Below are positions 8,832 through 16,837 of a DNA stretch of 41,801 nt, in pieces (position 1 is the first letter of the stretch; each line of letters opens with the position of its first letter). The translations under genes and the position numbers were made by a program. Below the pieces are notes generated by a model. It had not been told where the DNA came from, did no database searches, and saw nothing but the letters and a program-made list of their open reading frames with translations. Origin of the DNA: Polyangiales bacterium (GTDB taxonomy: Bacteria > Myxococcota_A > Polyangia > Polyangiales > Houyiibacteriaceae); assembly GCA_045106895.1 (NCBI GenBank), contig JBGCFM010000139.1, positions 1 to 41,801 on the forward strand, in the 5' to 3' direction.

Positions 8832-9578
8832 ATGAGCTACGACTACGGACGATTCGTTTGGTTTGAACTGAACACCCATGACAAGGACTCGGCGCTGCGC
8901 TTCTACCCCGAGGTCCTCGGCTGGAAGACCTCCACCGTGGATATGCCAGGCGGGAGTTACTCCATGGTCAACGTCGGCGAGGCTCCGTACGGCGGCATCG
9001 TGGACTCGCCGGTCCCGGATGTTCCGCCGCACTGGGTGAGCTACGTCTCCGTTGAAGACGTCGACGCCACCGCAAAAGCCGTCGTGGAGCATGGCGGCAA
9101 ATGCCTCATGGACGCCATGGACATTCCCGGCGTCGGTCGCATGCAGCCCGTCGCTGATCCTGAAGGGGCCACGTTCATGCTCTTCAAGAACGAGAAAGAG
9201 GACGCCGCCTCTCTCGAAGGCGAAGGCTCGTTTCACTGGAACGAGCTGTGGTCGAAGGACCCCGAAGCGCAGGTCGCGTTCTACGAAAAGGCGCTGGGCT
9301 ATACAAGCGAGACCATGGAGATGCCAAACGGCAAGTACTTCATGCTCAAGAGCGGCGAGCAGAGCCGCGGTGGCATCATGAAGTCGCCCATCGACGCACC
9401 GACCCATTGGGAACAGTACGTCCGCGTCGATGACGTCGACGCAGCCCGTACGCGCGCCGCCAGCAACGGCGGTCAGGCCGTGGGTGACGTGATGGAAGTT
9501 CCTGGCGTGGGCCGCTTCTCACTCATCGCGGACACCACAGGCGCCACCCTCGGCGTCATCACTCCCGCTGAGGCCTAG
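8832..9578 (+). CDS. Two-domain VOC (glyoxalase/bleomycin-resistance) family protein
   Basis: Duplicated domains GRFVWFEL..FY..VLGW..HWVSYVSVEDVDA..GVGRM...DPEGA and GSFHWNEL..FY..ALG..HWEQYVRVDDVDA..GVGRF...DTTGA. AAGGA RBS. Confidence 0.95.
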   Translation: MSYDYGRFVWFELNTHDKDSALRFYPEVLGWKTSTVDMPGGSYSMVNVGEAPYGGIVDSPVPDVPPHWVSYVSVEDVDATAKAVVEHGGKCLMDAMDIPGVGRMQPVADPEGATFMLFKNEKEDAASLEGEGSFHWNELWSKDPEAQVAFYEKALGYTSETMEMPNGKYFMLKSGEQSRGGIMKSPIDAPTHWEQYVRVDDVDAARTRAASNGGQAVGDVMEVPGVGRFSLIADTTGATLGVITPAEA

Positions 9579-12500
9579 GCCGACGTCGAACCCGCGCGCG
9601 AACGATCGCGTGCGCGTTCGGCGACCTTCGTCCGGCAGTTCCTTTGTCTTCGTCGCTACCGCCCTTTTGCGAGGCGTTGAGGCATGCCTGTAGGGCCGCT
9701 TGGTCGATGGTTCCGTCGGGGCGGCGCGCCTGCTCCATGCAGCGCTGATAGGCGCTTCCCCCGCTGGGACCTGCCGAATGGCGCATCGGACGCCGAATGC
9801 GCCGACGCGATCGACGTCGCATCGGGGCAGCCGTACTCATCGACGTCGACGCAGGTGCATAGAGCGCCGCTGGAGCCGCGACGGGGGAAGGCGCCGCGAC
9901 CGTCCGCTCCGTCGCCGTCGCGACACCCGCCGGCAGCTGCGAAGGCTGCTGAACGGTCGCGCTCGACGTGTCGACGATGGATTGCTCGTCGACGGCGATG
10001 AACGCGGTCCACTCCGTCAAGAGGTGGTGGCGAAGTCCCGTGAGCGTGACCTCTTCGCGCAGTGCATCGCTCGGCCGCAGCGCCATGGCGGTCATCAAGT
10101 CGCGAATCCGCGTTCGCGCCCAGATGGACCCCAGCGCCGGGCGCTCTTCGCCAGACTCGGGCAGCGCGACCTGCACGCGTTGCTCAAAGGCGCGCCCAGC
10201 CACGCGACCACGAATCACGACCTCGCCGCTGCCTCCTCGCGCGTACCTGCCGTGGACTACGAGTGGGCGGTCCGCGAAGAGGTCTGGAAGTCGTCGCGGA
10301 TAGGCGTCTTGAACATCGAGCCCGCCCCAGTCGATGTGAATGTCCGTCAAGTAGGGCCGCGCGATGCGTGCGTGGAAAGCCTCCGCCGCGGCTTCCGGCG
10401 ACTCGTCGAGGGCGACGACCTGAACGTCACCGCGCCCCACTTCGGCAAGACGCGTCAGCAGGTATCGGTTCACCGCGGAGCCGACACCAAAGCCAAACAC
10501 GCGGGCTTGGCCCAAGCTGTCGTGCACGGCGCGAAACACCTCGGACTCATGGGCGATGTAGCCGTCGGTCATCAGAACAACGAAGCGGAGCCTCCCGGCT
10601 TCCGTCTCCGGCTGGAGCGCCGCCTCGATGCCTTGGACCATTCGCGTTCGACCGAGGGCGCGCATCTCGTCGACGAATTCTAGTCCCTGCGCCTTGTTCT
10701 CTTCGCTCGCCTCGAGTGCTTCCTCCGCGAGAGACTCCGTCTGGTCGGCAAAGCTGAGAACCCGAAACGTGTCCGTGGGGCGAAGACCTTCGATGGCCGT
10801 GCGCATCGCGGCCTTCGCAAGAGCCATCGGGCGGCCCTGCATCGAGCTCGAGGTGTCCACGACGAAGACGAGCTCCCGCGGCATCACCTCGCCTTCGCTG
10901 ACCTCGAGGCTTGGATGCACCGCCAGCGCAAAATGACCTCGCTCGGAGTTCGCCTCTTGCGGCGCGCTCGCCGTCACGCCCACCGTGGGTGCAGCCCCCG
11001 CAACAGCGAATCTCACTTCGAAGTCACGGTCCGGGCGCGCCGCTTCGTCTAGCTCAACGATGCGTCGTCCAGCCGCCTCCTCGACCTTGAGCGAGTGCGT
11101 CGGCGAGGTCACAGACCGAAGCGCGACGCCAAGGCCCGCGTCGATGCGAATGTCCACACGGTCCGGACGTTGTCCGCCCGGCGCAAGCGCGACCTGATGA
11201 GGGCCCCCTTCCGCGGCTCCTTCGCCCTCGTCGAAACGCGGCCCGGCGACCAAGGGGTAGACAAAGCGATAGGACCCCTCTTCGTAGGGCAGCACCTGTG
11301 TGTATGTGAGCGCCACGCGAATCGTGCTGCCGGGCTTCAGGTTTGCGACGCTCTGACGGAATAGGTTCGGTCGCTCCTGTTCAAGAAGACTCGCCAACTG
11401 CCCAGCATTCCTCGCCGCTTCGTACTCCTCCCGCGCGTCCTGACGGCGACGAATCTGCGCGCGGATCACGCGGTCGCCGTTGCGCAGCTCCATCGCGTCG
11501 ACGGCGGCATCGTCCGGCAATGGGAAGAGGTACACCGCCTCCACAGGACGGTCGTAGGGGTTGGTGAAAGTCTGCTCGACCTCAACGCGCGTGATGAACC
11601 CGTCGATGCGCGCCCTCACACGTGTGCCCGTCAGCGGAAAGCCCGGCACTTCGCCCTCGCGCGGCTCTTCATCGAGCTGCATCGTCCCTTCGCTCGGCCG
11701 CTCGTCTTCTTCAACGGGCGCGCTCGTTCCGCTCACCGCTCCCGTGTGGGACGCGTTTCCTCCCCACTGGTGCCAGCCATCCAACGTTGAGTCCGACACC
11801 TCCAAGGCGACCACGCCGCCGCGCTGAGTGGACGCGTAGACCCAGCCATGGGCGATGGTGGGCTGCGTCACGATGGGCTCGCCGACCTCATAGGCCCAGG
11901 TCGTCATCCCCGTGTCGATGTCGAGGCCAAAGAGCACCCCACTTTGCGTGCCAAAGACCAGCTGTGAGCCGGCGATGGCAGGGGGGCTCGCAGGTCGCGA
12001 CCCCGCCCGAGGCGGCGTGTCTGCGTAACGACGCGTCCACAAGAGCTCACCCGTCGCAGCATCGCGACTCTGCACCTCATTGCCGATGGTCTGATAGGCG
12101 CGGCCGTCCACGACGGTGGCCCGCGATCCTTCGTAGGCCCAGCCCTGCTGCACGCCCGTGTCTGGGCGCGTCGCAAAGACCGCGGGAACAGCGTCGTACT
12201 CTGCCAGGGTCTCGCCGCTGGCTTTGCTTAGAACGATGGAGCGTTCGCGCCGCTCGTCACCCCGCCCCTCGCGGACCGTGATGTGAATCTTGTCCCCATC
12301 GAGGGAAGGCGCACTCGTCGCGCTGATTCGCCTGCGCCAACGCTGACGTCCCGTCGCCTGGTCCATGCTGTAGACGGTGCCGTCCATCGTCGTGAACACC
12401 ACGGTGCCCGCCTCGTCATCCACGACGGGCGCGTTCATCACGTCCGCGGCGATACCCCGAGTCCAACGCTGTCGCCCCGTGTTCAAGTCCAGCGCGGTGA

Positions 12501-13281
12501 AGCCGTAGCGCCGCCCGGCGCCTACGCCGAAGCCCGTTGTGCCCGGCTGCAGTCCGCCCGGAGAGCGCCCGTCAATGATGTGCCCACTGAATACCATCCG
12601 CGCGTTCGCCGCAGGCTGACTCATCAAGGGGTCCCCGAGCCATCGCGACCAAACACGTCGGCCCGTCGCACCGTCCACGGCGAAGAGCGTGCAGCTCTCC
12701 GTGTTGAAGATGACCTTTCCGCCTTCATAGATCGCCGCGGAGGGCCCTCCGTCCGGCGCGGACGCGCGCCACTCCCGTTCGCCGCTTCGCGCGGCGTAGG
12801 CAAAGAGCTGGTGGGACGAGAACCCGCCTCCGACGTAGACTTTGCCCTCTCCGTAGACCGGCGTGAGGAGAGCCTGGCGTCCCGATGGAGTGCGGGCGAA
12901 CCAGCCGCGACGATGTCCGTCAAAGGTGAACTTCGAGGTCGTCCCTCGGTTTGTGGGCGGGATGCTCAAGCGGCGCGGCGCCATGCGTGCTGTGAGGTTC
13001 GTGATGTCCTCTGGAATCGCCGCTTCCGCCGGCGCGGGTGCTGCCCCAGCGAGGTCCTCTGGCGCCGCCGCTTCCACAAGCTCCTGGCCTGTTGTGGGCG
13101 GCGATGCGCGCTCCGTTTCGGGCGGCGCCTGCGACGATTGTGATGGGGACGTGCCGCTGCACGAGAGCAAAAGCACGCTGCCGAAAGACAGGAGCAAGGA
13201 GCGAGAGATGCTGCGTTGAGAGGCTCGAAGTGGAACGGGGGAGACTAAACGACCGGAAGGTCGTTGATTGGAGGAGCACAT
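9559..13281 (-). CDS. Large lipoprotein: PQQ-like beta-propeller + VIT + vWA domains
   Basis: Lipobox LLLSC. Repeated A.D..TG...W blades. VIT signature VEQTFTNPYDRPVEAVYLFPLP...LLEQERPNLF. vWA MIDAS VFVVDTSSSMQG and LMTDG. The start is uncertain (13281 chosen; the ORF is open to 13374). The 3' end overlaps the convergent VOC gene by 20 nt. Confidence 0.9.
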   Translation of the reverse strand: MCSSNQRPSGRLVSPVPLRASQRSISRSLLLSFGSVLLLSCSGTSPSQSSQAPPETERASPPTTGQELVEAAAPEDLAGAAPAPAEAAIPEDITNLTARMAPRRLSIPPTNRGTTSKFTFDGHRRGWFARTPSGRQALLTPVYGEGKVYVGGGFSSHQLFAYAARSGEREWRASAPDGGPSAAIYEGGKVIFNTESCTLFAVDGATGRRVWSRWLGDPLMSQPAANARMVFSGHIIDGRSPGGLQPGTTGFGVGAGRRYGFTALDLNTGRQRWTRGIAADVMNAPVVDDEAGTVVFTTMDGTVYSMDQATGRQRWRRRISATSAPSLDGDKIHITVREGRGDERRERSIVLSKASGETLAEYDAVPAVFATRPDTGVQQGWAYEGSRATVVDGRAYQTIGNEVQSRDAATGELLWTRRYADTPPRAGSRPASPPAIAGSQLVFGTQSGVLFGLDIDTGMTTWAYEVGEPIVTQPTIAHGWVYASTQRGGVVALEVSDSTLDGWHQWGGNASHTGAVSGTSAPVEEDERPSEGTMQLDEEPREGEVPGFPLTGTRVRARIDGFITRVEVEQTFTNPYDRPVEAVYLFPLPDDAAVDAMELRNGDRVIRAQIRRRQDAREEYEAARNAGQLASLLEQERPNLFRQSVANLKPGSTIRVALTYTQVLPYEEGSYRFVYPLVAGPRFDEGEGAAEGGPHQVALAPGGQRPDRVDIRIDAGLGVALRSVTSPTHSLKVEEAAGRRIVELDEAARPDRDFEVRFAVAGAAPTVGVTASAPQEANSERGHFALAVHPSLEVSEGEVMPRELVFVVDTSSSMQGRPMALAKAAMRTAIEGLRPTDTFRVLSFADQTESLAEEALEASEENKAQGLEFVDEMRALGRTRMVQGIEAALQPETEAGRLRFVVLMTDGYIAHESEVFRAVHDSLGQARVFGFGVGSAVNRYLLTRLAEVGRGDVQVVALDESPEAAAEAFHARIARPYLTDIHIDWGGLDVQDAYPRRLPDLFADRPLVVHGRYARGGSGEVVIRGRVAGRAFEQRVQVALPESGEERPALGSIWARTRIRDLMTAMALRPSDALREEVTLTGLRHHLLTEWTAFIAVDEQSIVDTSSATVQQPSQLPAGVATATERTVAAPSPVAAPAALYAPASTSMSTAAPMRRRSRRRIRRPMRHSAGPSGGSAYQRCMEQARRPDGTIDQAALQACLNASQKGGSDEDKGTAGRRSPNAHAIVRARVRRRPRPQRE

Positions 13282-13427
13282 GAGGGGGTCGCTTTCATAC
13301 GCTGGCGAGCCCTCGACACGACCAACACGAGGAACCTTGGGTGTTTTTTCGCGCCGGCGGGAAGAATCGTCCAAACCCGCCGATCGCGCTCTTTCTCCCG
13401 CAAGGCGATGCGGCTATGGGTGCCACC

Positions 13428-14240
13428 ATGATTCGCACTCTCTTGGCGCTCTTGCTCTTTGCTGGGTCTTCCACCGTAGACGCCCAAGCCGCCGAGGAGC
13501 CCACGAATCATCCAGCCGACGCCGATGCTCCGGAGCAGCCCGCCGAGTCCGATGCCGAGGAGTCCGCAGCCGAGGAAGACGCGCCCGCGGAGTCCTTCGC
13601 CGCCGAGGAGTCCGCAGCCGAGGAGCCCGCTGCCGATTCTGAACAAGCCGCCGAGGAAGACGCGCCCGCGGAATCCGACGCCGCCGAAGCTGCGCCCCAT
13701 CGCTCCACAACCGAGCTGATTCGTGCGCCCGCCGACGACGAACAAGCGGCGGAGGACGAACACGACTGGCGATTCGTCGGCGCGCTCTCCATCCACGGCT
13801 CGCTGCTTTCCTCTGTCGCCGGGCGCTCCACCTTGGATCTGACCTACGGTGCAGCCCTTCGATTTGGCGCGCGCCGCGGTTCCAACCAGCTCGACTTCGT
13901 CGCCGACTACTCAGGTTGGCAAAGCCTTGAAGACCGAAGCGTTATTACCTTCGGCACGCTAAACCTCGCCGCCGAGTACACCCGCACCTTCTTCAGCGAC
14001 GTCATCGCCGTAAGTCTCGCTGCCGGTCCCAGCATCCTCCTCACGGACACGCTCCTCGACGACGCGGGCTCCGTTGGGCTCTTCGTCGAGCTCCGGCCCG
14101 CTGGGTTCCGGTGGCGAATGAAGCACGTCAATATTGGCCTAGACCCGCTCTCCTTTACCCTCGTCGCACCTGTCCTCGGTGCGCTCCCTCTGGTCCGCGT
14201 TCAATACCGAACCACGTTGACGGTGGAGTTTCGCCCATGA
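13428..14240 (+). CDS. Exported protein with an acidic Ala/Glu repeat stalk and a probable C-terminal outer-membrane beta-barrel
   Basis: Signal peptide MIRTLLALLLFAGSSTVDA and AEE/DAPAES repeats. Then amphipathic beta strands ending VQYRTTLTVEFRP. ATGA overlap with the next gene. Confidence 0.75.
   Translation: MIRTLLALLLFAGSSTVDAQAAEEPTNHPADADAPEQPAESDAEESAAEEDAPAESFAAEESAAEEPAADSEQAAEEDAPAESDAAEAAPHRSTTELIRAPADDEQAAEDEHDWRFVGALSIHGSLLSSVAGRSTLDLTYGAALRFGARRGSNQLDFVADYSGWQSLEDRSVITFGTLNLAAEYTRTFFSDVIAVSLAAGPSILLTDTLLDDAGSVGLFVELRPAGFRWRMKHVNIGLDPLSFTLVAPVLGALPLVRVQYRTTLTVEFRP
13490..13760 (+). repeat. Imperfect coding repeats (AEESAAEE / AEEDAPAES)
   Basis: GCCGAGGAAGACGCGCCCGCGGA at about 13569 and 13650. 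GCCGAGGAGTCCGCAGCCGAGGA at about 13554 and 13602. Confidence 0.8.
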
Positions 14241-15829
14241 TTCGCGGTCTCTTTCTCCTCGCTCTCGCCAACGCGCTCCTCGCGACGCCGGCTCACGCGT
14301 ACACCGTCGGCACGGCGTTCACGGAGCCTTGCCACGAGCGTCTCTCCGCGGCGGCCATCGAGGACTTCATCGAGCGCCTGCCCTTCGAGGTACCGCTCCT
14401 GCGCGGGGAACGAACCGAGCGCGTCGCCGGTCATTTCACCAGGCTCTACGGAACCCCCGAGCTGTCGCCCCGGGCGCAGGCCCTGCTCTTCTCCATCATC
14501 ATGGGCGTCCGCGACCCGGACTCCGAAGGCATCAGCCCCACGGACCTTTCGGGCTCACGCTACCTTCACGCCAACACGAACGGTCAAGAGCAGCACGCCC
14601 TGCGACGCATGGAGGACGACGGCCCCGAAGGCGATGCCGCGGCTGCGCGCGGAGTCCGCGCGAGCATCGAAGCCACACTCGCCGAGGCGCAGCTGTGGTT
14701 CGCGCGACCCACCGAAGAGCAGATCCGCGAGGTGGACTATTTTCTTGAGTCCTACGGCGCCGTTCGCGTGCGTGTCTGGGCACCAGGCTTCTTCCTGGGC
14801 CGCGCGTTGCACACGCTCCAAGACTCGTTTTCCCACACGCTGCGAACTCAAGACATGCGTCGCCTCGTGCACATCTTCAACTACATCGAAGCCATCGGTG
14901 ACAGGCACAACGACGCACGCGATGGCCTACGCCACTCCGGCGAGCTGGACTCCTGCATCGTGGGAGGCGCGTCGAGTTCACTTTTCCTCGCGGCCCGCGA
15001 GGCCTCGACGCAGCTCGTCGAACAAGTCCTAAACGCGGAGGGCTCAAACCTCGGCGACGCAAGCGCAGCACTAGACACCTGGCTCGGCTACGAAGCGGGC
15101 TGCACGCTCGACAACGACTATTGCGACAACGCGTTCCTGGAAACCGCACGCATCAGAACGACAGCGCCCGTCGGCAGCTGCGGCATGGCGCCGGGCCATG
15201 ACGCGCCCTCGGGGTCTCTGATGTGGGCGTTTCTCGTCATCGCGCTCTTCCTCCTGCGGCGCCACTCGGTGCTAGGTCCGCTTGTTTTGGCGGCGCTTAT
15301 CATCACGGGCTGCAAGCCCACCCCCTTGCTGCAAGAGGAGTTCGAGGTGATGCCCGCGTGCGGCGGCGACCCAAGCGGCGTCTGGTACTTCTCCGCGACG
15401 AGCGAAGCCGTGGCCACGGACGAAGTCGCGCCGGCATGTCCATTGGTCAGCGACGAGATCCGCATGCTCTACAGCGGCCGCCTAGACCTTGAAGAAGACG
15501 GATCCATCGCCTGCGGAGTGACCTTCCGGCGGCACCATATTCGAGTGCGCGACGCCAGCTGTGACCCGCTCTGCGCGAGCGACCCGAGCTGTGTCTCGCG
15601 CGATGAGGTCTGCCGCTGCCTGGACATCACGCGAGGCGAGTGGCTAACGGGCGAGCCCGGAGCGCCCGCTCGCTGGGCGACAAGCGACGACACGCTTGAG
15701 TTCTTCGACGCTGATGGCTCTCCCGTCTTCGCAACCGGCTACTGCGCCGAAGGCGACGAAATGGAATGGTCTTCCATCACGTCGCCTTCGCTAGGTCAGC
15801 GGCTCCAGCGAACGCCGTCCAGCAACTGA
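14237..15829 (+). CDS. Secreted Zn-dependent PLC/Het-C-like protein with an internal MYXO-CTERM-like motif, fused to a Cys-rich lipoprotein-like domain
   Basis: Signal peptide ending AHA, N-terminal CHE and LGRALHTLQDSFSH. Then GSCGMAPG...LMWAFLVIALFLLRR, followed by LAALIITGC and a CGGDPSGVW domain. Confidence 0.8.
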   Translation: MIRGLFLLALANALLATPAHAYTVGTAFTEPCHERLSAAAIEDFIERLPFEVPLLRGERTERVAGHFTRLYGTPELSPRAQALLFSIIMGVRDPDSEGISPTDLSGSRYLHANTNGQEQHALRRMEDDGPEGDAAAARGVRASIEATLAEAQLWFARPTEEQIREVDYFLESYGAVRVRVWAPGFFLGRALHTLQDSFSHTLRTQDMRRLVHIFNYIEAIGDRHNDARDGLRHSGELDSCIVGGASSSLFLAAREASTQLVEQVLNAEGSNLGDASAALDTWLGYEAGCTLDNDYCDNAFLETARIRTTAPVGSCGMAPGHDAPSGSLMWAFLVIALFLLRRHSVLGPLVLAALIITGCKPTPLLQEEFEVMPACGGDPSGVWYFSATSEAVATDEVAPACPLVSDEIRMLYSGRLDLEEDGSIACGVTFRRHHIRVRDASCDPLCASDPSCVSRDEVCRCLDITRGEWLTGEPGAPARWATSDDTLEFFDADGSPVFATGYCAEGDEMEWSSITSPSLGQRLQRTPSSN

Positions 15830-16663
15830 TCACAAACGGTAGGGGAACGTGATCTCAAGCTGGTCTTGCTGAAACGGATCGAGTCGAACGCTCATAAGCG
15901 CACGCTCCATGCAGCGCTCCGCTTCGCCGCTCACTCCACTCAGCGACACCGAACGCACGCGGCCGCTCGCTCCATCGACGGTGGCACGCGCGCTGACAAC
16001 ACCATCCTCACCATCGCCGCACGCTTGAATCGCGCGGCTCATTCCGCGGAACGACGAAGAGACGTGCGCACGGGCCGGACGCTGCGGGAGCGTGCTCTCG
16101 GCGGGTCGTGTGGCGCCCTCGCGCGGAGTCACCTGTCCGCCGGTGGCGGCGTTCAATAGCGCGTCGATGCTGCGGTCTGTGACCGATGGCGCCGCAGGGG
16201 CTGGCGCCGGGATGCGACGAGGCGCTGTGCTGCGCGCTCGGGAGCTCGATGTCGCCACCGGTGAAACAGCCGCCGCCACAGGCGCGACGGGGGCGTCAAT
16301 AGCGGGCTCTTCCACCGGCGCGACCTCGATCGGCCGTGGCGTGACAAACGCGAGCGCCGGGGGATCCACATCTGTCTCGACGGTCTTCGTCGCGACCATC
16401 ACCGTCGAGTTCCGGTGCTGCGTCACCTGATGATGCAGCGCATAGGCGGCGGAGCTCAACCCAAGCAGCACCGACGCGGCTGCCGCGATGCCCACGGCTC
16501 CGAGCTCTTTGCGCCGAGGCTTGTCCACGCGAAGCGCTGGAACGTGCTCGCTCAGGAGACTCTCATCAAGCCCGTCGTTTTGCGTCACCGAAGCGAGCGA
16601 CTCGCGAAACTTCGAGAGCTCGATAAGACCAGAGTCAGGTGTGTTGTTTTTTTTCGTCGTCAT
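15830..16663 (-). CDS. Single-TM protein with a Pro/Ala linker and a C-terminal TonB-C/AgmX-PglI-like domain
   Basis: ATG 16663 with a GGAGAAG RBS and a TM segment GAVGIAAAASVLLGLSSAAYAL. The C-terminus reads IQAC...VSARATVDGASGRVRSV...AERCMERAL..VRLDPF...ITFPYRL. Confidence 0.75.
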   Translation of the reverse strand: MTTKKNNTPDSGLIELSKFRESLASVTQNDGLDESLLSEHVPALRVDKPRRKELGAVGIAAAASVLLGLSSAAYALHHQVTQHRNSTVMVATKTVETDVDPPALAFVTPRPIEVAPVEEPAIDAPVAPVAAAVSPVATSSSRARSTAPRRIPAPAPAAPSVTDRSIDALLNAATGGQVTPREGATRPAESTLPQRPARAHVSSSFRGMSRAIQACGDGEDGVVSARATVDGASGRVRSVSLSGVSGEAERCMERALMSVRLDPFQQDQLEITFPYRL

Positions 16664-16688
16664 AGTTTCTTCTCCGTTCACTAGGATC

Positions 16689-16713
16689 GACGGACCGGCG
16701 CACGGTTCGGTTC
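16689..16713 (-). promoter_or_regulatory. ECF-type promoter candidate GAACC-N16-CGTC
   Basis: GAACC (16713-16709), 16 nt, then CGTC (16692-16689), 25 nt upstream of ATG 16663. Confidence 0.55.
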
Positions 16714-16837
16714 ATTGTTTTTCCCAAAGTGGCCAAAGCGCAGGTGTTTTCGCTGCCCCTTTTTCCAAATTCGGACTTTCTTCGTCACACATGAGAAGTC
16801 GTGGCTCTTCCTGTCGAACCCTTATGGAGATCGACGA

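Noticed and set aside
9559..13281. Calling it BamB or a PQQ-dependent dehydrogenase
   Set aside because: Only generic propeller blades are visible. There is no dehydrogenase context or pqq genes, and the VIT-vWA fusion does not fit BamB.
13428..15829. Identification as traA/traB (outer membrane exchange)
   Set aside because: There is no PA14-like or Cys-repeat TraA body and no OmpA or thrombospondin region as in TraB. Only the general barrel + MYXO-CTERM pairing is similar.
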